A stretch of 64,000 bases of DNA from Centroscyllium fabricii (Eukaryota), in the NCBI GenBank assembly GCA_051313645.2, contig JBNRSN020000044.1, positions 5,456,001 through 5,520,000 on the forward strand, given 5' to 3'. Both the position numbers and the translations under genes were made by a program. The notes beneath the pieces were generated by a model. The model saw only the letters and a program-made list of their open reading frames with translations, was not told where the DNA came from and ran no database searches. Of the stretch, positions 25,280-36,529 are shown one piece after another. The first letter of the stretch is position 1. Each line of letters starts with the position of its first letter.

Positions 25280-26870
25280 ATTACAGAGACATGGCTCCAG
25301 GGTGACCAAGGCTGGGAACTCAACATACAGGGGTATTCAATATTTAGGAAGGATGGGCAAAAAGGAAAAGTAGGTGGGGTAGCATTGCTAGTTAAAGAGG
25401 GGATTAACACAATTGAAAGGAAAGATATTAACTTTGATGATGTGGAATCTGTATGGGTACAGCTGAGAAATACCAAGGAGCAGAAAAAGTTAGTGGGAGT
25501 TGTATACAGATCCCCAAACAGTAATGCTGAGGTTGGGGATGGCATTAAATGGGAAATTAGAGAAGCGTGCAATAAGGGCACAGCAGTTATCATGGATGAC
25601 TTTAATCTAAATATAGATTGGGCTAACCAAATTAGCAACAATACTGTGGAGGAGGAATTCCTAGAGTGTATACGGGATGGTTTTCTGGACCAATATGTCA
25701 AGGAACCAACTGGAGATCAGGTCATCTTAGACTGGGTATTATGTAATGAGAAAGGATTAATTAGCAATGTTGTTGTGCGAGGCCCCTTGGGGAGGAGCGA
25801 TCATAATATGATAGAATTCTTCATTAAGATGGAGAGTGAAGTAGTTGACTCAGAGACTAAGGTCCTGAATTTAAATAAAGGAAACTACGATGGTATGAGG
25901 CACAAGTTGGCTACGATGGTTTGGGGAACGTTACATAAAAATAAAACAAAAAAGGTGACTCAACCATGGCTAACAAGTGAAATTAGGAATAGCATAAGAT
26001 CCAAGGAGAGGACATATAAATTGGCCAGAAAAAGCAGCAAACCTGAGCATTGGGAGCAGTTTAGGATTCAGCAAAGGAGGACAAAGGGATTAATTAAGAG
26101 GGGGGAAATAGAATATGAGAGTAAGCTGGCAGGGAACATAACAACCGACTGTAAAAGCTTCTATAGCTATGTGAAGAGAAAATGTTTGGTGAAGTCAAGC
26201 GTAGGTCTCTTGCAGTCAGAATCAGGGGAATTTATAATGGGGAACAAAGAAATGGCAGACCAATTAAATACATACTTTAGTTCTGCCTTCACAAAGGAAG
26301 ACACAAACAACCTCCCGGAGATGTCGGGGAACATAGAAACATAGAAACTAGGAGCAGGAGTAGGCCATTTGGCCCTTCGAGCCTGCTCCGCCATTCAATG
26401 AGATCATGGCTGATCATCCAAACCCAGTAACCCTGTCCCTGCCCTCTCCCCATATCCCTCGATCCCTATTCCGAGCCTCCATCGACACATATCCCACCCC
26501 ATCCCCATAGGGTCCAATGAGAGGGAGGAATTGAATGAAATCAGTATTTGTAGGGAAAAAGTGTTAGGGAAATTGACGGCATTGAAGGCCGATAAACCCC
26601 CTGGGCCTGATAATCTTCATCCTAGGGTACTTAAGGAAGTGGCCCTAGAAATAGCAGATGCATTGCTGGTCATCTTTCAAAATTCGATAGACTCTGGAAC
26701 AGTACCCATGGATTGGAGGGTAGTTAATGTAACCCCACTATTTAAAAAAGGTGGTAGAGAGAAAACGGGGAATTATAGACCGGTAAGCCTGACATCGGTA
26801 GTGGGGAAAATGCTAGAGTCCATTATAAAAGATGTAATAGCAGAGCACTTGGAAAACAGTGACAGGATCT
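25280..26870 (+). mobile_element. CR1 ORF2 fragment (AP endonuclease to start of RT), with HE1 tail inserted at about 26330-26509 (-)
   Basis: ITETWL, GVVYRSPN, MDDFN, SDHNMIEF, NYRPVSLTSVVGK motifs. Confidence 0.9.
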
Positions 26871-28402
26871 GAATACTCATCATAACCATACCCCAGCAAC
26901 AGTCAGCACCTTCAATGGAGAGAGGGAACTGGGGGAAAAAGCACCCCCTTCGACTACCGAACACAGAGTGGTATTGATGATGGCTGCGCAGGTGTCAGTG
27001 GGATGGACGGTCCCATCCATCCACCTCCAAAAGAAAAGCAGCAGAATTAAGGGATTTTTAAAATCCACATATATAACTGCAAAATATGTAACAATTCAGC
27101 CCTGTATCATTACCTGGGCCACTGTTCTACATCAATAAATCAAATTCTGTTTTTATTAGATCAGATTCTGGAATTTTTACCAGTGTTTTGGGGATTACAT
27201 TCTGCAATTGCATCGCCATGTAAACAGCAAATCAGTGGCCTTGAACATTCCTTACACAGGCTGCGTGTGAAGACTGATCAGATAGCAACAATTCTACCTG
27301 AAGTGCATTTAAATATTTATTGTATATTAACAAGAAATAGCTAAACATCTGCTGAAGTCAGCCACTGAATTGAGACTTGGCGTCTTGTGCAGTGAAACAA
27401 GAATTAATAGGAAAGGATGGTGTGTTTGTGCCATGATGCACTGGAGTGAATGAAAGTGACTTGGTTCATTGGAATTCAATGCTTGGATCCCATTAGATTT
27501 TATCTACACGCTCCTGCATGATTAATGTACTGCAGGCTGGTTTCACATTTCCCACTGATATTGCTTCCACTCTTAAAAGGAGAATTTTTATCACCTCGTT
27601 CATCTCTCTTATTACAGACATGTGCCCTTAAAGATTTCTTTCAAGCCCCACTGTAAACAAGGCTATTATAATTCGCTGTTTTCTGAGACTGTCCGAGACC
27701 CTGATATTCCAGTCTTTCAGCAGCTTACTGACATGGCTTTTGGGTAGCATTTAAACAGCTATTCACGTCTGCAAAGGTTGAAGGGCGAGTCACCCTGGAC
27801 CTTTTTTACGCAGTCCCTACTGCACAGGTTCCCAGTGGGGTTGCCAGAAGTCTGGAAGAAAACAAGTCACTTTCTTATTGACCTCGTTGTCATGGAATGG
27901 GGTGTGGCTGAGGTTTTCTTACAAAAAAAACTTTAAAAAAAAAATCTCCTACTTCTGCTGGTTAAATAAGGCGATCGTCTTGAGTGCCAAGCTATGGTGG
28001 AACACTGTTCTTTCACCTTGGATATCCAGATCCCCATTCCGCCAACAGATAAGATGAAAGTAATTTTCTGTGGCATTGCACGGGTTACACTAACCTTTAA
28101 TCAGACTGACAGAATGAGACTCTCGCCTTCACAGCTCTTTTAATGATTCAAAGTGAAATGTGTTGAGTCGGTAACAGACACAACCCCACACTAACCCCAA
28201 CCCTACCAATTATATTTAGAAGTAGGAATATTTTTTTTCAAGTTTGCGTTAATCTCCTGCTGAAATCAGTGGACGCTGCAGGAATGTTTCATCTCCATTG
28301 GGTGCCTGCTCCCATCCCTAACTGCAGTCTTGGCTGTTAGTAGGATTTTTCACTGCAATCCACAATCTGTGCGATTGGTCTCTTCACACGTTTCTATCAT
28401 AC

Positions 28403-28445
28403 CTGCGGTAACTTACTGCTATACACTGGTTCCTGATACACTATT
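28403..28445 (-). CDS. RBFOX2: RBFOX2 mutually exclusive muscle-type exon M43, (G)IVYQEPVYSSKLPQ
   Basis: Exactly 43 nt; tgttttgttatag acceptor, CAG|gtatga donor, phase 2 to 0; resembles recalled Fox M43 peptide VVYQEPVYGNKLLQ. Confidence 0.9.
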
Positions 28446-29232
28446 CTATAACAAAACACAGGGAAGAAAATTGGCGACGAGGCTGGAAAAGAAACAACTG
28501 AAAAGAGACAGGCCCTCCTTGGATAAAGCCATTCTATTATTGAAGGATGCTTCACACTGATCAGCCTTTAACACTAGATTTATTAAACAAGAGACATTCA
28601 CAGGCTGTACAATTACACACATTGAAATGATCGAACACTTGTTAAATTTACTCTCAGCACCTGTCTACATTTCTTTTGCCAACTGTCCTCAGTTTCCATT
28701 TACAGATCAGGGGTGCTGGATTTGATTTCAAAGCCAATGCACACACCATACGCCAGCACTCCCTGTAAATATTTCACCTCACTTTAAAATAAAAATCAAA
28801 AGGACAAAACAGTTGGTGAGCAATACTACAAGCCTTAACAACGGTTTCATCAGGGTCTTCCTTCCAGCCCAGAATCCGTGCAGCAAAGGTCAACTTTACT
28901 CAATACATTCTTTTTTGACATCATTGCTTTTGCAGGATATCCCAAAAGAAACTCCATTCCCTCCGGTGTGTAACGCTTGGAAGGTTCAGGACACTATACA
29001 GTGAATAGCAGCAAATGAGCATGACCTTTCTGTTGACAAAGCTTAAACAAACTACACAACTGAGGGGACTGGTGTCTCAAATTTACATAACTGGACGATG
29101 AGACCAAGCAACAAGACATTAACACCTGCCAGATGTGGAAAAATACACAGCTGGAGGAATTATTAGCATACTGGTTTAAAGAATGGCTTCATCAATAGAA
29201 GGGAGACAGCGTAAAATAGTGTTTATACTTAC

Positions 29233-29272
29233 ATAGAGATCGGCACCATAAAATCCATCCTGGTAAACCACA
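29233..29272 (-). CDS. RBFOX2: RBFOX2 mutually exclusive exon B40, (G)VVYQDGFYGADLY
   Basis: Exactly 40 nt; ctctgcag acceptor, gtaagt donor; peptide matches recalled RBFOX2 B40. Confidence 0.95.
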
Positions 29273-32200
29273 CTGCAGAGATGCACAGAAACACTCTCAT
29301 TACTGCAATTCCAACATGCAGGAGCTCATAAAGGCAAGGTTTGTCACAAGAATTCCACAGTGCCCAAATCTCCACCAGAAATCTTTCATAGTTTGAAAGC
29401 AAGTGTTTATTTCAAACTATGCAATAGGTCCTTTTCAGACCACATTTCCCACTAAATCATACTGCCATTTTGGAGGCAGTTGCTATTTCTGTGCATCCAG
29501 CTACAGTCAATAGAGGGCTGGGTCACAGAGTTACAAGATATAACCTGGCAGCCCCAATACTCTTCGGCTAGGTGAGCCACCTAATCACTATTCAACCAGG
29601 GAGGGCATCATAGCCAAGCCCTCCTGGTCAGGACACAGGGTGTGAAACTGAAACAAGGACCCGAGGAAATGTAAAGGTGTTTTTCCATTTACTCAGTTTC
29701 TTTTTCTCTGTGGGCTACACCCCCTTTTACAGTCTGTACTGGGAGTCGGGCTCCGTCGTTGAACTTTGCTGTGCTGTATAATAGAAATCAACAAGCAGTA
29801 ATGAAAAGGTCTGATGGAATGTTGGTCTTTATCTCAAGGGGCTGGAATACAAAGGGGAGGAAGCGATGCTCCAGTTGTACAGAGCCTGGCTCAGACCCCA
29901 CCTGGACACTGCGTTGAGTTCTGGGCCCAGCACCTTACTGGTCTTGGGAGGGGAGCAGCATGATACTGCGGCTTAAAGGGTTAAATTGTGAGGACAAGTT
30001 ACATTAATGTGGCTTATATTCCCTCAAGTTTAGAAAGTTAAGGAACAATCAAACTGAGTTGTTTAAAATGATAAACGGATTCGATAGAGTAGAACTGTGT
30101 TGCTGAGTGATTCCTGAAACGCAGAATTGTGGTCAAGTGCATTTAAGTTAATTTATTTATTTATTTAAGAGAGTTTGGGGTAAAAATAAATTAAAGTTAA
30201 AGGTAAACAGGAAGTTAAAAAATCGGATATAAAAGGGGCGGGACTTAGTGCGTCTGCGCGGAGGCGGAGAGTGCAGACGGGAGTTTGGGCAATGGGAGTT
30301 CGGGCAAGTGGGGGTGTTCCGGAGTCTGTTGTGTTTCTGTCTGTTTTTTCTTCCCCTGTTCACAGGTTTGCCACGCACTGCAGAGGAGCGGCGGACCTAA
30401 CAGGCTGACCAGACTTAAGTTACACCATTACAGCCAAGCTAGTAGGTGATTTACTGCTGGGGTGAGTACTTTCCCGTTTTATAAGTGGTAAGCTTAAATA
30501 AATAGTGGTGTTGTCGTCAATATAGTTAATCCGGGTAGAGGATTCTTAACTAGGAACTAATAATTAATTATATAGGATGGGCGAGCAGGTGATGTGCCAA
30601 TACTGCGAGATGTGGGAATACGTGGACACCATTGATGTTGACGATTCCTACACTTGCAGTAAGTGTTTGAAGCTAGAGGAACTCTTGCTCCGTATTGATG
30701 AGCTGGAGACCCAGCTTCATATGCTGCGACACATCAGGGAGGGGGAGAGTTACCTGGATATTATGTTCCGGGGGATGGGCACACCAACTAGTTTAAATAA
30801 TTCAGTAGTTAGTGAGCAAGGACAGGAAGGTGTGTCTATGAGCGAGGCAGGTATGGGGATCCAGGAGGAGGTGCTGCAGGAGCCACAGCCCTTGCACTTG
30901 TCAAACAAGATCGAGGCTCTTACTCACTGTGGGGACGGGAACGGGGGCTGTGGGGCGGATGAGCAACCTGGCCACAGCACCGTGGATCAGGGGGCCATTC
31001 AGGAGGGAGGAGTTAGAGGAAATGTTGTAGTGGTAGGGGATAGTATTATTAGGGGGATAGATAGGGTTCTCTGTAGCCGAGAGAAGGAGTCCCGAAGGCT
31101 GTGTTGCCTGCCCGGTGCTAGGGTTAAGGACATCTCTGCTGGGCTGGAGAGAAATTTGCAGAGGGAGGGGGCGGATCCAGTGGTCGTGGTCCGTGTCGGT
31201 ACCAACGACATAGAAAGGACGAGGAAAAAGGTTCTGTTAAGGGAGTTTGAGCTGTTAGGGAACAAATTAAAAAACAGAACCTCTTGGGTAATAATCGCGG
31301 GATTACTACCTGAGCCACGGGCTAAATTGGCGAGAGTAAATAAAATTAGAGCGCTAAATGCGTGGCTCAAAGACTGGTGTGGGAAAAATGGGTTTGGTTT
31401 CTTGGGACACTGGCATCAGTACTGGGACGGGGGGAGCTGTTCCGTTGGGACGGACTTCACCTGAAGTGCTGGGACTAGGATCCTGGCGAATCAGATAACT
31501 AGGGCAATAGAGAGGTCTTTAAACTAAGTAGCGGGGGGAGGTTTCAAGAGAGATAATAACGACAGGGGAGAAGGAAATAGAACAGGGTTTCAGTGGGGAA
31601 TCTGAAAATCGAAGTGTGCTAGGAGGACACAGAATGTATGAAGATAAAGGTATAGTCGTAAAAGGGGCAAAAACAGGAATAAAGTGTAGTAAAACACATG
31701 TGAAAGTGCTTTATTTGAATGCACGTAGTATTCGTAATAAGATAGATGAATTGACGGTACAATTAAGCACGTATAGGTATGATATTGTGGCCATTACAGA
31801 AACATGGCTGCAAGGTGATCAGGACTGGGAGTTAAACATAGAGGGTTACTTGACAATCAGAAAAGACAGACAGGAAAGAAAAGGAGGTGGGGTGGCCTTG
31901 TTAATAAAGGATGGAATAACTGCAATAGAAAGGAAGGATATTGGGTCAAAGGATCAGGATAGTGAAACAGCTTGGGTACAGATAGAGAATAATAAGGGGA
32001 AAAAAACACTAGTGGGTGTAATCTATAGACCTTCAAATAGTTGTGACTCTGTTGGTCAAAACATAAATCAGCAAATAGTTGAAGCATGTAATAAGGGAAC
32101 AGCTGTAATCATGGGGGACTTTAACTTTCATATTAACTGGGCAAATCAAACTGGGCTAGAGGAAGAGTTTATAGAGTGTATTAGGGATGGGTTCTTAGAA

Positions 32201-34215
32201 CAGTATGTAACTGAACCGACTAGGGGGGAGGCAATCTTGGATCTGGTCCTGTGTAATGAAGCAAGATTAATTAAAAATGTCATAGTTAGGGACCCTCTTG
32301 GAATGAGTGACCATAATATGGTTGAATTCCATATTCAATTAGAGGGGGAGCAAATTGAAACTCAAACCAGGGTACTTAGTCTAAACAAGGGAGATTATGA
32401 AGGTATGAGAACAGAATTGATTAAAGTAGATTGGGATAACAGACTAAAGAATAAGACGGTACATGAGCAGTGGTGTACTTTTAAGGAGTTAGTGTACAAC
32501 TTTCAAGAAAAATACATTCCACTGAAGAAAAAAAGGGGTAAAGGAAAGGACAGCCAACCATGGCTAAGTAAAGTAATAAAGGATAGTATTCGGCATATAA
32601 GGTAGCCAGATACAGTGGGATGACAGAAGATTGGGAAGCATTTAAAAGTCAGCAAAAAATAACAAAGAGATTAATTAAGAAGGGGAAAATAGATTATGAA
32701 AGTAAATTAGCGAAAAATATAAAAACTGATAGCAAGAGTTTTTATAGTTATATAAAAAGAAAAAGGGTGGCTAAGGTGAATGTTGGTCCATTGGAGGATG
32801 AGACTGGGAATTTGTTGGTGGGGAACATGGAGATGGCAAAAGCATTAAATGAATATTTTGTATCAGTCTTTACTGTAGAAGACATTAAAAATATTCCAAC
32901 GCTGGATAAACAGGGGGCTATAGGAATGGAGGAGCTAAGCACTATTAAGATCACTAAGGAGATGGTATTAGGTAAATTAATGGGACTTAAGGCGGATAAA
33001 TCCCCTGGGCCTGATGGATTACATCCTAGGGTCTTGAGAGAAATAGCGGTGGGGATTGTAGATGCATTGGTGATAATTTTCCAAAACTCCCTGGAGTCAG
33101 GAAGGGTCCCGGTGGATTGGAAAATGGCTAATGTAACACCTATATTTAAAAAGGGAAGTAGACAGAAGGCTGGTCTATCATCTGTGGTGGGTAAAATGTT
33201 GGAGACCATTATTAAAGAAACACTGACGGGGCATTTGGATAAACATAACTTAATCGGACAGAGTCAGCATGGTTTTACGAAGGGGAAGTCATGTTTGACT
33301 AATTTGCTCGAATTCTTTGAGGAAGTAACATCTCGGGTGGATAAAGGGGAACTGGTGGATGTGGTATACTTGGACTTCCAAAAGGCTTTTGACAAGGTGC
33401 CACATAAGAGACTATTGCTTAAGATAAAAAATCACGGGATTTGGGGTAATATATTAGCATGGGTAGAAGATTGGCTTTCAAACAGGAAGCAGAGAGTTGG
33501 GATAAATGGTTCATACTCGGGATGGCAATCGGTGACTAGTGGTGTTCCGCAGGGGTCGGTGCTGGGACCCCAGCTGTTTACAATCTATATAAATGATTTG
33601 GAGGAGGGGACCAAGTGTAATATATCAAAGTTCGCAGATGACACAAAAATGGGAGGAAAAGCAGGGAGTGAGGAGGACAGAAAAAGCCTGCAAAAGGATA
33701 CAGATAAGCTAGGTGAGTGGGCAGCGATTTGGCAGATGAAATTTAATACTGGTAAATGTGAAGTTATACATTTTGGAAAAAAAAATCATAGAGCAAGTTA
33801 TTTTCTAAATGGGGAGGAGCTGCGTGGTAATACAACGCAAAGGGACCTGGAGGTACTAGTGCATGAATCACAAAAAGTTCGTATGCAGGTGCAGCAAGTG
33901 ATTAGGAAGGCCAATGGAGTCTTAGCCTTTATTGCTAGGGGGATAGAGTATAAAAGCAGGGAGGTTTTGCTGCAGCTGTATGCAGTATTGGTGAGACCGC
34001 ATTTGGAATACTGTGTGCAGTTTTGGTGTCCATACTTAAGAAAGGATGTACTTGCTCTGGAGGCAGTGCAGAGAAGGTTTACACGGTTAATTCCAGGGAT
34101 GAGGGGGTTGACATATGAGGAAAGGTTAAGTAGGTTGGGACTTTACTCATTAGAGTTCAGAAGAATGAGAGGCAATCTTATTGAAACGTATAAGATCGTG
34201 AGGGGCCTTGATCGT

Positions 34216-34378
34216 GGGGCCGGGAGCTGCGAGGCTGTCGTGGCTGCAGCGCCAGGTGGGATGGAATGGATCAGACTGGGACCAAGGACATTTAATAATT
34301 TGGGAGATTGCATGTTTGCATTTCGTTGTTTTGTGTATGTTCACTTTACAATGACAATAAATTGAATCTTATCTTATT
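34216..34378 (+). mobile_element. Short retroposed insert with Rex1/Babar-like tail
   Basis: Interrupts outer CR1 ORF2; ends CAATGACAATAAATTGAATCTTATCTT, similar to the tail at about 63880-63905. Confidence 0.55.
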
Positions 34379-34457
34379 ATAGATGTTTCCAATGATCGGG
34401 GAGACCAGAACTAGGGGGCATAGTCTTAGAATAAGGGGGGGCTCTTTTAAAACTGAA

Positions 34458-34890
34458 GAGAGCGGCGGCGAAGGGGAGCAGCGGCGGCGAAGGAGAGCGG
34501 CGGCGGCGAAGGGGAGCGGGGGCGGCGAAGGGGAGCGGGGGCGGCGAAGGGGAGCGGGGGCGGCGATGGGGAGCGGGGGCGGCGAAGGGGAGCGGGGGCG
34601 GCGAAGGGGAGCGGGGGCGGCGAAGGGGAGCGGGGGCGGCGAAGGGGAGCGGGGGCGGCGAAGGGGAGCGGGGGCGGCGAAGGGGAGCGGGGGCGGCGAA
34701 GGGGAGCGGGGGCGGCGAAGGGGAGCGGGGGCGGCGAAGGGGAGCGGGGGCGGCGAAGGGGAGCGGGGGCGGCGAAGGGGAGCGGCGGCGGCGAAGGGGA
34801 GCGGCGGCGGCGAAGGCGAAGGGGAGCGGCGGCGGCGAAGGGGAGCGGCGGCGGCGAAGGGGAGCGGCAGCGGCGAAGGGGAGCGGCGGC
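34458..34890. repeat. 19-bp G-rich minisatellite (GGCGGCGAAGGGGAGCGGG)n in the inner CR1 5' UTR
   Basis: About 22 tandem units; shorter second block at about 35027-35150. Confidence 0.9.
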
Positions 34891-35457
34891 GGTGCACGGG
34901 AGGAGCAGAGGCAGCAGCTTCGCGGGCTTTTTAAAAAAAGCCAGAAGAGAGCGGCGCCGAGGGGCGGACCTGTGGGGAAACAGGAGAGGTATAAAAAGAG
35001 CCCGAGGAGGCAGTTAGGCCACCAGAAGAGAGCGGCGGCGAAGGGGAGCGGCGGCGGCGAAGGGGAGCGGGGGCGGCGAAGGAGAGCGGCGGCGGCGGCG
35101 AAGGGGAGCAGCGGCGGCGGCGAAGGGGAGCGGCGAAGGAGAGCAGCGGCGGTGCACGGGAGGAGCAGAGGCAGCAGCTTCGCGGGCTTTTTTTAAAAAG
35201 CCAGAAGAGAGCGGCGCCGAGGGGCGGACCTGTGGGGAAGCAGAACTCTGGACTGGTGATCTTTAAGTAGGGAGTGTAACAGGAAGGGGAGGGGCCTTTA
35301 TACTGGTATCGGTATATAGGGGGAGCAGAGGCTAAACCCGAGTCACTACGTAGTAGTGACCCCCACCCATCCTCCTCCTCTAACCTTTAGGGGTGAACTG
35401 AAGAACTCAAGACAAACTAAGGTCAGACTTTTAATACATTATTTCCTGGGAATTTGT

Positions 35458-36453
35458 ATGGGGATGGCAAGGAGAATGGGAAAATGCTCCTCCTGCAACA
35501 TGTTCCAGGAGGGGTGGGGGAAGGAGAGCCAGGCTGGAAAAATCTGTAAAAAATGCATCCAGCTACAGCGCCTTAAAGCCAGAGTAAAGGAGCTGGAACA
35601 GAACCTGAAGGATCTCCGGGTCCTGAGGGAGGCAGAGGAGGACCAGGTCCATGATGGGGAAAGGGAAAGGAACCTGGGGGAACCTAAAATCATTAAGGAG
35701 GCAGAGGAAGGCACAAAGCAACCAGGGGGGACGGTACATACACCTGTGCAGAAGGGCAGGCGGGAGTCGGCGAAAACGAAGGGGAAGGATGGGTCGAGGC
35801 CCTCAGGGGACATTCCCCTCGGCAACAGGTATGCAGCCCTGAATGATGAAGAGGGGGGAGAACTAACAGGGGGAGACCGAGGGGACGAGAACTCTGATAC
35901 CAGACCAGAAGAGGTGGTACAAAAAGGAGGAGGGGGAAGGCTGAGAGCAATAGTTATTGGCGACTCAATGGTGAGAAGGATGGAGAGGAGGTTTTGCGGG
36001 AGAAAAAGGGACTCGAGGATGGTCTGTTGCTTCCCAGGTGCCAAGGTCCAAGACATCTCGGACTGTGTTGACAGCACACTAAAAGGGGAGAGCAAACAAG
36101 TGCAGGTCGTGGTACACATAGGTACGAACGATATAGGGAGGAAAAAGGAGGAAGACATCAAGCGGGAATTTAAGGAACTAGGGAGGAAACTGAGAGACAA
36201 AACGAACAATGCCACGATTTCTGGGATCCTACCAGTGCCACGGGATAGGGTGTGGAAAAACAAAAAAAGAACACGAATAAACGCATGGCTACAGGATTGG
36301 TGCAGAAGGGAGGGCATGAGTTTCGTGGACAATTGGGGATCGTTCTGGGGAAGGTGGGATCTGTATGACGAGGACGGCTTGCACCTGAACCGAAGGGGCA
36401 TCAACATTCTGGGTGGGAAACTCGCTTCGGCCATAAAGGGGGATTTAAACTAA
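35458..36453 (+). CDS. CR1 ORF1p: zinc finger/leucine zipper plus SGNH esterase
   Basis: CSSC..CKKC, LKARVKELEQNL heptads, IGDSMVR, HIGTND, DGLHLN; uninterrupted. Confidence 0.88.
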   Translation: MGMARRMGKCSSCNMFQEGWGKESQAGKICKKCIQLQRLKARVKELEQNLKDLRVLREAEEDQVHDGERERNLGEPKIIKEAEEGTKQPGGTVHTPVQKGRRESAKTKGKDGSRPSGDIPLGNRYAALNDEEGGELTGGDRGDENSDTRPEEVVQKGGGGRLRAIVIGDSMVRRMERRFCGRKRDSRMVCCFPGAKVQDISDCVDSTLKGESKQVQVVVHIGTNDIGRKKEEDIKREFKELGRKLRDKTNNATISGILPVPRDRVWKNKKRTRINAWLQDWCRREGMSFVDNWGSFWGRWDLYDEDGLHLNRRGINILGGKLASAIKGDLN

Positions 36454-36529
36454 TTGGCCAGGGGAATGGGAAAACGGGCAGGGAAACAGAGGGGAGACCA
36501 GGGAACAACGAGGAAAAGGGGGGAGAACC

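Noticed and set aside
34346-34934. RS/proline-rich 183-aa ORFs
   Set aside because: 19-bp array in the CR1 5' UTR.
35439-36434. 331-aa antisense ORF over CR1 ORF1
   Set aside because: Shadow frame of a purine-rich coding strand; no motifs.
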